A DNA stretch of 50,198 bases from Gemmatimonadota bacterium (GTDB taxonomy: Bacteria; Gemmatimonadota; Gemmatimonadetes; Gemmatimonadales; GWC2-71-9). Below are positions 8,683 to 16,909 of this stretch, in pieces. The translations under genes and the position numbers were made by a program. The notes beneath the pieces are model-generated. The model did no database searches. It saw nothing but the letters and a program-made list of their open reading frames with translations, and had not been told where the DNA came from. The stretch's first letter is position 1. Each line of letters begins with the position of its first letter. The stretch lies in the NCBI GenBank assembly GCA_039586365.1, contig JBDHKN010000021.1, positions 1 through 50,198 of the forward strand, in the 5' to 3' direction.

Positions 8683-10580
8683 TGCACGGGGAAGGCTTCT
8701 TCTACCAGGCATTCGTCTACCTGGCCGCGGCAGTGATTTCGGTCCCCGTCGCAAGACGCCTTGGACTCGGTTCCGTATTGGGCTACCTGATCGCTGGGGT
8801 TGCCATTGGTCCCTTTGGCCTCGGACTTATCGGCGAGGAGGGCCAGAACATCATGCAGTTCGCCGAGTTTGGGGTCGTCATGATGTTGTTCCTCATAGGG
8901 CTGGAACTCGAGCCGACCCGTGTATGGCGGTTGCGTGCACCTATCCTAGGTCTTGGAGGTCTGCAGGTTGTCAGCACCGCTGCGGTTGTGGCAGGGATCG
9001 GTCTAGCGATCGGGCTTCCCTGGCAGGCAGCTACCGCCATCGGTCTCATCCTTTCCTTGTCATCGACAGCGATCGTTCTTCAGACCCTGAACGAACGAGG
9101 ACTGATTAAGACCGGTGGCGGACAGAGCTCGTTCTCGGTACTGCTGTTTCAGGACCTTGCCCTGATACCTATGCTCGCGGTCTTGCCACTCCTGGCAGCT
9201 TCTACTGCTGCGGTGCACGGTGGTGAGACGACTGCTGCGCACGGATCGACGTGGGTGGCAGGACTACCTGCCTGGGAGCGCACCGCGGTGGTGGTCGGAG
9301 CTGTCGCGACCATCGTGGTCGGCGGTCGATTCCTCACTCGCCCGGCCTTTCGACTCATCGCTCGAACACGACTGCGAGAAATCTTCACAGCAGCGGCACT
9401 GCTCCTGGTAATTGGGATCGCCCTCCTCATGGCACAGGTGGGGCTCAGTCCCGCACTTGGCACCTTCGTTGCGGGAGTAGTTCTGGCAAACAGTGAGTAC
9501 CGTCACGAACTCGAGAGCGATATCGAACCGTTCAAAGGTCTCCTGCTTGGCCTCTTCTTCATTGCGGTTGGAGCCTCCATCGACTTTGCCCTCATTGGCT
9601 CCCGACCTTGGTTGATACTGGGACTCGTGGCAATCCTGCTCACTGTCAAGTTCGTTCTGCTGTTCGCCCTCGGTCGGGTATTCGGGATGGGACTAGACCA
9701 GAACCTCCTCTTTGCCTTTGCCCTGGCGCAAGGCGGTGAGTTCGCTTTCGTGTTGTTCTCCTTTGCTACGCAGAACGACGTGCTGGAGCAGGAAATCGTG
9801 GCACCTCTGGTCGCAGTCGTCGCGCTCTCGATGGCCCTGACCCCATTCGTGATGCTAATCAATGAGCGGCTCTTCCAACCCCGATTGGGAACCCGGACAG
9901 CTGAGAAGCGGGAGGCGGACGTTATCGACGAGGAGAGCCAAGTCATTATCGCTGGCTTCGGCCGCTTTGGCAGTGTGGTCGGCCGACTACTCACGGCCAA
10001 CGGCGTCCGCACTACGGTGCTCGACACAGACTCGGACCAAGTTGATATGTTGCGTAGGATCGGGCTCAAGGTCTTCTACGGAGATGCCTCACGTCACGAC
10101 TTACTCGCATCGGCTGGCGCCGCAACTGCCAGGTTGCTACTCCTTGCCCTAGACAGCCCAAGCAAAACGGCCGAGCTAGTGCGTACGGCTAGGAAGCACT
10201 TCCCCCATCTCACCATTCTCGCACGAGCGAGTGGCCGGTCGGACGCCTACGATCTCATAGAGTTGGGAGTTGAGCACGTGTACCGCGAGACCCTCGATAC
10301 GTCGCTACGGATGGGCGTCGATGCTCTGCGCCTGGTAGGGCTAAGGACCTATCACGCGCACCGAGCAGCACGCAAGTTCCGGATGCACGATGAGGCATCG
10401 GTACGTGACCTAGCTGCTATGCGACACGACCGGGAGTCTTACATCAACCTCGCCCGCGAACGCATCCGTGATCTCGAGGAACTTCTCTTGTCTGACCTGA
10501 GGGATCGCGATGCAGACGCTGATGCCGGCTGGGACACGGACTCTCTGCGCCAGGAATTCGGACAGCCAGCCGACGATTGA
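8682..10580 (+). CDS. kefB: Glutathione-regulated K+/H+ antiporter (CPA2, KefB/KefC family) with C-terminal KTN domain
   Basis: LGSVLGYL, AEFGVV, LSSTAI, LLFQDLA, HELESDIEPFKGLLLGLFF, QGGEFAFV, GFGRFG and FYGDAS. Confidence 0.9.
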   Translation: MHGEGFFYQAFVYLAAAVISVPVARRLGLGSVLGYLIAGVAIGPFGLGLIGEEGQNIMQFAEFGVVMMLFLIGLELEPTRVWRLRAPILGLGGLQVVSTAAVVAGIGLAIGLPWQAATAIGLILSLSSTAIVLQTLNERGLIKTGGGQSSFSVLLFQDLALIPMLAVLPLLAASTAAVHGGETTAAHGSTWVAGLPAWERTAVVVGAVATIVVGGRFLTRPAFRLIARTRLREIFTAAALLLVIGIALLMAQVGLSPALGTFVAGVVLANSEYRHELESDIEPFKGLLLGLFFIAVGASIDFALIGSRPWLILGLVAILLTVKFVLLFALGRVFGMGLDQNLLFAFALAQGGEFAFVLFSFATQNDVLEQEIVAPLVAVVALSMALTPFVMLINERLFQPRLGTRTAEKREADVIDEESQVIIAGFGRFGSVVGRLLTANGVRTTVLDTDSDQVDMLRRIGLKVFYGDASRHDLLASAGAATARLLLLALDSPSKTAELVRTARKHFPHLTILARASGRSDAYDLIELGVEHVYRETLDTSLRMGVDALRLVGLRTYHAHRAARKFRMHDEASVRDLAAMRHDRESYINLARERIRDLEELLLSDLRDRDADADAGWDTDSLRQEFGQPADD

Positions 10581-10590
10581 CTCTGTATAC

Positions 10591-11586
10591 TCAAGGGAGC
10601 CACCGTGTCTCCCCATGGCCCATGATCCAGAGTCTGTCCGGATCCAAGCCGTGTCGCTGCCAAATCGCCTTCGCCCGCTCTGGGGGCTCTGACATGGGCT
10701 CGTCGGTCAACTTGAAGGTTCCCCAATGCATCGGCACCATAGGACAGGTTAGCTTCGAATCAGCAGTGAGCTCCAAGAAACTCTCAATGGCCTCTTCAGG
10801 ATCGAGATGTACTGGTGCCATGAACCATCGGGGATCGTATGCCCCGATCGGCATCAATACCGCATCGAACGGACCGAAGCGTTTGCCGATCTCGCTGAAG
10901 GAAGGGTGACGGCCGGTATCACCCACAAAGTAAACACGGCGCCCCCCCCCGGTTATAGTCCAGCCACACCAAAGAGTCTGGTTGCGGCGAACGCCGCGGC
11001 CTGAGAAGTGTTGTGCGGGTACACAACCGAGTTCCACCCCAGCATGGATTTCTCGCTCCTCCCACCAGTCGAGTTCCTGAACCGTCATGACCCCCTTCTT
11101 CTTCATGAACGGGAGCAGACCAAGGGGTACAATCCATCTCGCTCTCGGATGGGCACTGACAGTCCGTTGCACTGTACCAGAATCCAAGTGGTCGTAGTGG
11201 TCGTGTGAGAGCAACACCAAATGGATGGGTGGCAGCTGCTCAAACCGAATTCCCGGTGGCATGTAGCGCCGCGGACCCGCGAACTGCACCGGTGAACACC
11301 GCTCACTCCACACCGGGTCAGTCAGCACGTTCTTTCCCCCGATTTGAATGAGGAAGGTCGCATGCCCGACCCAGGTGAGTGACACCTCACTGGCTTGTGC
11401 CTTCGGGTCTGCGAACGCGGGAATCGCACGAGGGACCGCACCGCGTCGGGTGCGATCAATGCGTGGCTTGACCGTGCGGGTCACAGCCCAGCGCAGCATG
11501 CCGGTGAAAACCGGCTGTCCCGCCTTGGGCCAGGGATTGCGGAATCCACCGCCAAGATCGTGATGACCGCCGTCACCGCCGCTCAC
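10591..11586 (-). CDS. MBL-fold metallohydrolase, NAPE-PLD/RomA-like
   Basis: FRNPW, TWVGHATFL, LTDPVWSER, SHDHYDHLD, PAQHFSGR, GDTG, PIGAYDPRWFM and HWGTFKLTDEP. Confidence 0.88.
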   Translation of the reverse strand: MSGGDGGHHDLGGGFRNPWPKAGQPVFTGMLRWAVTRTVKPRIDRTRRGAVPRAIPAFADPKAQASEVSLTWVGHATFLIQIGGKNVLTDPVWSERCSPVQFAGPRRYMPPGIRFEQLPPIHLVLLSHDHYDHLDSGTVQRTVSAHPRARWIVPLGLLPFMKKKGVMTVQELDWWEEREIHAGVELGCVPAQHFSGRGVRRNQTLWCGWTITGGGRRVYFVGDTGRHPSFSEIGKRFGPFDAVLMPIGAYDPRWFMAPVHLDPEEAIESFLELTADSKLTCPMVPMHWGTFKLTDEPMSEPPERAKAIWQRHGLDPDRLWIMGHGETRWLP

Positions 11587-12520
11587 GGTCCCTCACCATC
11601 TCCAGAAATCCCCTTGCAACTTCCTTGACATCCCACCTCTCGACATCGACCAGACGGTTGAGTCGCCGCATCTCCTGCTCGTCCAACGTTCCTGCCAGTT
11701 CGAGTAGAGCTTGCCGCACGACCGGGAAGAGTTCCAACGTCTCCGCTCGCACCACCGGCACTGCTTCATAAGACGGGAAATAGGATCGATCATCGACTAG
11801 TTGGAACAGATCTAGGGCTTCGATCTGCCCATCCGTGGAGTTGCCGGCGACAATATCCACGCGTCCTTCAGCAAGGGCGCGATAGGTGAGCCCCAGATCC
11901 ATTTCCACTGGGGGACCATTGAACGAAATGCCGTAGTGCTCGAGCAACCCACGATACCCATCTGCTCGTTCTATGAACTCATAACCCGCTCCGAAGCGCC
12001 ACTGGGTGGCATACTCGGCTATGTCGGACAGCGACAATACACCCAGCTCTCTGGCGTCGGTACCGCGCACCAACATGGCGAACGTGTTGTTGAACCCCAG
12101 GGGCTCTGTCCAGGTCAGGTCCCAGCGATCAGCGTATATGCTATCGAGAATGTTCCTGACCAGTAATGGATCTCTCTCCTCAGGCAATTCGAGGATGGCG
12201 GTATAGGCAGTGCCCGTATATTCGATGTAGACGTCCAGCTGACCCGAAGTCAACGCGTTGTGGCAGATGAATGACCCGCCGAGGTTGAATCTGCGACCGA
12301 CCTCGAGGCCATGATTTTCGAGTTGCTGTGCTACGATTTCTCCGAGCAGGACCGACTCGGTGAAGTTCTTGGAGCCAACGACGATTGTGGCTCCGGCACT
12401 GCAGGAAACGAGAAATGGAAGAACGGGAAGAATCATGGCGCGACACCAGACCACCCCCGACAGCCTGTCTCCGTTCAGCCCCTCCACCATGCTCCCCCTG
12501 CTGCTCAGCTTACTCTCCAA
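11573..12520 (-). CDS. Osmoprotectant (glycine betaine/choline-type) ABC transporter substrate-binding lipoprotein
   Basis: VGSKNFTES, EYTGT, GFNNTFA, EFIERADG and DDRSYFPSY; FLVSC lipobox. The true start may be up to about 85 nt downstream. Confidence 0.88.
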   Translation of the reverse strand: MESKLSSRGSMVEGLNGDRLSGVVWCRAMILPVLPFLVSCSAGATIVVGSKNFTESVLLGEIVAQQLENHGLEVGRRFNLGGSFICHNALTSGQLDVYIEYTGTAYTAILELPEERDPLLVRNILDSIYADRWDLTWTEPLGFNNTFAMLVRGTDARELGVLSLSDIAEYATQWRFGAGYEFIERADGYRGLLEHYGISFNGPPVEMDLGLTYRALAEGRVDIVAGNSTDGQIEALDLFQLVDDRSYFPSYEAVPVVRAETLELFPVVRQALLELAGTLDEQEMRRLNRLVDVERWDVKEVARGFLEMVRDRERR

Positions 12521-13140
12521 TCCAACTTCCGCTCGATGAAATGCAGTCCCCCATCAACCAGCAGTGCCAACATCGCTGCCGGAATCGCACCTGCCATGAT
12601 TACTGCGTTGTCAACCATCGCGAGTCCTCGGAATATGAACACGCCAAGCCCACCAGCTCCGATTGCTGCGGCGATGGTTGCTATCCCGACTCCTATGACG
12701 GCCGCCACTCGGATGCCCGCCAGCATTACAGGTGCGGCCAAAGGAAGTTCCACGATACGCAGCAGTTGCCAATCAGTCATCCCCATTCCCCGTGCGGCCT
12801 CACTTATTGCGGGATCGACGCCATCAATCCCAGTGAGAGTGTTGCGAATGATGGGTAGGAGTGAATACACCACTAGGGCAACAATGGCGTTCTTAGCTCC
12901 AAGCCCGATCAACGGTACGGCCAGGAGGAAACCAAACAGCGCCAAACTGGGGATTGTCTGCATGACGTTTGCCAGACCGAGGATCGGCCCGCGCAGTACC
13001 GATCTCCGCGCAATGAGCACACCAAGGGGGACTCCGATTGCTATCGCGATGCCCACCGACACAGCCACCAGACCCATGTGCTGCAATGTTCTCGCAAGCA
13101 CGTCCGCCCGATTGTCGATCATATAATCGAAGATGCTCAT
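12505..13140 (-). CDS. Osmoprotectant ABC transporter permease
   Basis: QTIPSLALFG, EAARGMGM (EAA motif), VELPLA and IGAGGLG. Confidence 0.92.
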   Translation of the reverse strand: MSIFDYMIDNRADVLARTLQHMGLVAVSVGIAIAIGVPLGVLIARRSVLRGPILGLANVMQTIPSLALFGFLLAVPLIGLGAKNAIVALVVYSLLPIIRNTLTGIDGVDPAISEAARGMGMTDWQLLRIVELPLAAPVMLAGIRVAAVIGVGIATIAAAIGAGGLGVFIFRGLAMVDNAVIMAGAIPAAMLALLVDGGLHFIERKLDWRVS

Positions 13141-13865
13141 GCGAGTTCCCGAAGTGCCCTGACACTCGATCTTTCGTTCCGTTGGAACTCCGCCACGGTT
13201 CCCACGAAACTGGATCGCCCGTCCTCCAGAACGACAATTCGGTCCGCCAACGCCAGGGCCTCTCTCACATCGTGGGTCACGAAGACGACTGTCTTCTCAA
13301 GTTGTTGGACCAGAGATCTGAACTCCCTTTGCATATCGGCTCGTGTCACAGGGTCAACAGCTCCGAACGCCTCGTCGCCCAGGAGGATTGGTGGATCGGC
13401 GGCCAGGGCGCGGGCGACTCCGACCCGCTGTCGCTGCCCACCAGACAATCCCTGAGGCCGCCGATGGCTGAACTGCTCCGGTGGCAGTCCAACTAGTGCC
13501 AGCAGTTCCGCGACTCGTTCCTTGCGACGCTGGACGGGCCATCCCTGCAAGCGAGGCACCAGCTCCACATTACCCTCCACGGTGAGATGAGGTAGCAGTC
13601 CGACCTCCTGAATCATGTATCCAATGCGCCGCCGCAGGTGCACGGGGTTCCAGTTGGTTGTGGAAGAGCCTTCGACTCGGATTTCACCTTCAGTGGGATC
13701 GAGCAGTCGGTTGACCAATCGCAAGGTCGTTGTCTTGCCGGAACCGCTCTCGCCCAACAGAACAACCGTCTCACCGCGTCGCACGATGAGGTCGAGCGGG
13801 CCGACCAATCGATGACCGCCCAGCTCGAAGCCAGCATGTTCTAGCTCGACTACGGGTGACGTCAT
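13137..13865 (-). CDS. Osmoprotectant ABC transporter ATP-binding protein, no CBS domains
   Basis: GESGSGKT, LSGGQRQR, DEAFGAVD and VTHD. Start ATG 13865 chosen (ORF open to 14042). Confidence 0.9.
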   Translation of the reverse strand: MTSPVVELEHAGFELGGHRLVGPLDLIVRRGETVVLLGESGSGKTTTLRLVNRLLDPTEGEIRVEGSSTTNWNPVHLRRRIGYMIQEVGLLPHLTVEGNVELVPRLQGWPVQRRKERVAELLALVGLPPEQFSHRRPQGLSGGQRQRVGVARALAADPPILLGDEAFGAVDPVTRADMQREFRSLVQQLEKTVVFVTHDVREALALADRIVVLEDGRSSFVGTVAEFQRNERSSVRALRELA

Positions 13866-14150
13866 GGGAGCTACCAGTACAGTCTCTTTCGCGAGAACGA
13901 TATTGCTTACTGCAGGCGAACGTCGCTGGTGGCCAGGAAAACTACTATAGCCCTGCAGTCCGAGCAAAACCGCTCCTCGCAGGCGTCCATGTGACATCCC
14001 ACAGGCCCTGGGAACAAGGCACACACAAGCACAGGTATGCAATCGTGCCGAGGGACTGCAACAAACCCTCTCCGCTGCAAGACCACAGAGAAGTCGCTTG
14101 CATCATTGAGAATTCAGTGCCGGACCAACTTGTTCCCCTGTCAGGTCAAG

Positions 14151-14576
14151 TCAGACTCCGTGGCGACGAAATCTCCGCTGTTGCCCATGGCCTGACGGGC
14201 CCTCGTGCCCACTTCCATGTCCATGGCCTTGGCACGCTGCCAGATCCGTCAGTGGCTTGCTCTCGCCACTGTTCACCGTCTGCACTATATCATTTACGAC
14301 GTCTCGCTGGGTCACGTATACATCGATCCCCTCGGCCTTCAGCGTGGCCAAGGCGCGACGTCCCATTCCGCGACAGACTACTGCGTCAAGAGCACATTCC
14401 CGTAGTTGGCGCAGCGGACTGCAGCTGCCGTGAACATGGTCGCTGCCCTGGTTGGCTAAGACCTCTACATCGCCGGTCTCGGTGTCGACCAGCGTGAAGT
14501 ATCGGGCACTGCCGAAATGAGCGTGGGCCCTTGCCTGGAGACCTCCATTGTCCTCAGTTGGAATGCAGATCCTCAT
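14151..14576 (-). CDS. NifB/NifX (FeMo-cofactor-binding-like) family protein with His/Gly-rich tail
   Basis: MRICIPT, HFGSARYF, HVHGSC, CRGMGRRA, and C-terminal CQGHGHGSGH. Confidence 0.85.
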   Translation of the reverse strand: MRICIPTEDNGGLQARAHAHFGSARYFTLVDTETGDVEVLANQGSDHVHGSCSPLRQLRECALDAVVCRGMGRRALATLKAEGIDVYVTQRDVVNDIVQTVNSGESKPLTDLAACQGHGHGSGHEGPSGHGQQRRFRRHGV

Positions 14577-14859
14577 CGTAGGTTCCTCTTTCTATGATCA
14601 ACGCTGCAGACTCCACTAACGCTCCCACAACTCTCGCCCTGCCTGCCTTCAGCAGGCGCTGCACCGTGCCACGTGATACGCCCATGTGCAGGCCAGCCTG
14701 CTCCTGATCCAATCCCATTAGGTCGCACAGGCGCATGGCCTCGAGCTCACTGAGCTCAAGCCGGACTGTATGGAGCTGGGCCATAGGGATGCTGCGTGGC
14801 TTGAACACACGGTCACCACCATAGGCCTGGCAGAATCGCCGCTTCCGGGGTCGTGGCAT
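14554..14859 (-). CDS. DUF134 family putative DNA-binding protein
   Basis: MPRPRKRRFC, FKP, ELEAMRLCD and QEQAGLHMGVSRGTVQRLL helix-turn-helix; upstream of the NifX-like gene. Confidence 0.87.
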   Translation of the reverse strand: MPRPRKRRFCQAYGGDRVFKPRSIPMAQLHTVRLELSELEAMRLCDLMGLDQEQAGLHMGVSRGTVQRLLKAGRARVVGALVESAALIIERGTYDEDLHSN

Positions 14860-14870
14860 GGCGCATCCTA

Positions 14871-14890
14871 TTATGTGTATATGCACAATA
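14871..14890. promoter_or_regulatory. Candidate operator palindrome upstream of the DUF134 gene
   Basis: TTATGTGTATATGCACAATA; the core TGTGTATATGCACA matches its reverse complement at 12 of 14 positions; 12 nt from the start codon. Confidence 0.55.
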
Positions 14891-15315
14891 TCTCTGGGAG
14901 GCTTCGAGATCAAGTGCTTGGGAGGGTGACAAGCTGACAGGTCCAACAGCGACTCTAGCGCCCAGTGGGTTTCGGGACAGACTTCTATGGCAACCCCGTC
15001 AGGCCGCATCTGAAACTGGAACTGCGCCGTTCAACACGGCAAGCTCGGCACCGATCACACTATCAAGGACACCGGAGAGAGCTGGACTCATGCAAACAAG
15101 CGCATAGTGGTCGCGCAGCGTAATGCCACTGGCAATGGTACTGGGATGCCTTACGGCATGTGTTTCAGGGCCTCAGCACAACAGCGACACAGCAATCTCA
15201 CCTTTGACGATTGACCCGGTCATATCACATATTGGACCCGGCCATCACGGCCCTGCTCGAGCTGTATCAATCTGCTCGGAGCACACCGCCAACCTGCACT
15301 AGTGCGAGGTATCTC

Positions 15316-15912
15316 ATGGCTGAGCCCAGGTTTTCGATAGGTGACGCTGTCCGGTTCGGGTGGACGACGGCGACCACGAACTTAGGACTCTTTCTCATGG
15401 CGATGATTATCGTCGTGATGATCTCCATGTTCCCAGTATTCTTTGACTCCGCCCTGGTCGCGTTTGTTTCGTGGGTCCTGAGCATCGTAGTGACGTTGGG
15501 GATCATGCGGATGGGCTTGCGGTTCGTGGATGGCGAACGCGGTGAGCTGGCAGATCTGTTCGCGAACATACCACTGATCGTGAGCTACCTCATCGCATCG
15601 ATCATCGTCGCCGTAATCGCTACTATTGGATTCCTGCTGTTGATCATTCCCGGGATTTACCTCGGCCTGCGACTCCAGTTCTACCCTTGGTCCATCATTG
15701 ACAAGGAGAGCGGCCCCTTTGGCTCGGTGGAGCACAGCTGGGCGATTACACGGGGATCCGCTTGGCAGTTGTTCCTGTTTGCTATAGTGCTCTTTTTTGT
15801 CAACGTGTTGGGACTGCTCGCCCTCGGAGTGGGCCTGCTGGTGACTATCCCTCTGTCTCTCGTAGCCTTCGCACACGTCTATCGCAGCTTGGAAGGATCA
15901 ACCGGCAGCTGA
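15316..15912 (+). CDS. Integral membrane protein (DUF975-like)
   Basis: FSIGDAVRFGW, GFLLLIIPGIY, SWAITRG and LGVGLLVTIP; GAGG RBS before ATG 15316. Confidence 0.75.
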   Translation: MAEPRFSIGDAVRFGWTTATTNLGLFLMAMIIVVMISMFPVFFDSALVAFVSWVLSIVVTLGIMRMGLRFVDGERGELADLFANIPLIVSYLIASIIVAVIATIGFLLLIIPGIYLGLRLQFYPWSIIDKESGPFGSVEHSWAITRGSAWQLFLFAIVLFFVNVLGLLALGVGLLVTIPLSLVAFAHVYRSLEGSTGS

Positions 15913-16032
15913 CCCCGGGTTGGTCTGGCACCACAGGGCTGGTAGTGTCGGTTCCCGACGCACAGATGTGAGTGCCCAGTTTTGCTGCTGCTGAACGGTA
16001 TGCTCTAGGGACGATTGTCAGTACATTGCATC

Positions 16033-16074
16033 GGCCACTTGCAGCTCCAGTCTACCTGGCAGCTGCGAGTGGCC
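16033..16074 (+). other. Strong intergenic hairpin upstream of the PaaI-like gene
   Basis: GGCCACTTGCAGCT-CCAG-TCTAC-CTGG-C-AGCTGCGAGTGGCC: about an 18 bp stem with one G-U pair and one bulge. Confidence 0.5.
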
Positions 16075-16159
16075 ATTGCTCACTCCCCGGAGAAGACACT
16101 CTGAGTCAAGGTGCCGTAACCGGGGGTATTGAACATCGGGAATTCGAAGAGAACCCACA

Positions 16160-16789
16160 GTGAAGATAGAAAAGAAGACGATAAGAACCAAGAGAGGGCT
16201 TAGAGAATACAACCGTGTCGGCTGCCCGTTGACTCGCAATCGATCGGCCTGGTGTTTTCGTATCTGCAACCCAAACGCTGAAGGGCATGGCCGCTGTGGT
16301 AGGATTGCACCTCACGGTATCAAAGGAAAGACGCAGTTGGCGATTGAGGGACACAAGCGGAAGCTACAGAAGGCCCATCTTGAGAACCTGGAACACATGT
16401 ACCTTGCCGCCCCCTACAACGCTGGCCATGAGCCTGGCATCAAGATCTCATTGGGCGAAGCTGACATCGTGGTTCCGATCCAAGAGGACCACTTCAACGC
16501 TGCAGGAGTGCTTTCGAGCACTATCTGTTTCAAGGCGATGAATGACGCAGCCATCTTCGCTGTGAATTCACTAGTTGTGGATGCTGTCGCGTTGACCATG
16601 AGCTTCAGTATCTCACTTACCCGGACACCGGCCACCGGTGAACTGCTAGCCAGAGGCCGCTTTGTAGGTATGTCCGGAGACCAGTACTTGGCGGAGTCGA
16701 TACTGACCGATTCTAATGGGGAAGAGATCGGTAGGGGGGAAGGCGCTCTGGAAGTTCGCGACGACCCTTCGTCGGCCAACGCTGGATAG
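16160..16789 (+). CDS. PaaI-like hotdog-fold protein with an N-terminal Cys-rich basic domain
   Basis: C-terminal LEHMYLAAPYN, FKAMNDAAIFAVNSLV, LTMSFSISLTR and EIGRGEG fit PaaI. The N-terminal 70 aa carry CPLT, WCFRIC and CGRIAPH. Confidence 0.75.
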   Translation: MKIEKKTIRTKRGLREYNRVGCPLTRNRSAWCFRICNPNAEGHGRCGRIAPHGIKGKTQLAIEGHKRKLQKAHLENLEHMYLAAPYNAGHEPGIKISLGEADIVVPIQEDHFNAAGVLSSTICFKAMNDAAIFAVNSLVVDAVALTMSFSISLTRTPATGELLARGRFVGMSGDQYLAESILTDSNGEEIGRGEGALEVRDDPSSANAG

Positions 16790-16793
16790 TTAA

Positions 16794-16845
16794 CTGGCAA
16801 CCGTCGAATCAAGCCGTTGCGACCGGCTCGACTCGACGTTGCCAG
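16794..16845. terminator. Long hairpin between convergent genes
   Basis: Nested inverted repeats CTGGCAA/TTGCCAG, CGTCGA/TCGACG and AGCCG/CGGCT; no U-tract. Confidence 0.4.
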
Positions 16846-16909
16846 GTGGTAGCCAGCAGCCCCGCAGATCAGCAACAACCCGCGGGCCTCTGGTCACTAC
16901 GGTTAAGTG

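Noticed and set aside
10942..10950. C9/G9 homopolymer in the MBL hydrolase as a phase-variation site
   Set aside because: It is in frame and encodes Gly-Gly-Gly in a loop; one tract in GC-rich DNA is not evidence of switching.
13866..14150. c-di-AMP (ydaO) riboswitch or SRP RNA upstream of the osmoprotectant operon
   Set aside because: The conserved consensus motifs were not found on either strand.
14151..14576. Nitrogen fixation locus
   Set aside because: Only a NifX-like domain is present, with no nifHDK or other nif genes; the family is common in non-diazotrophs.
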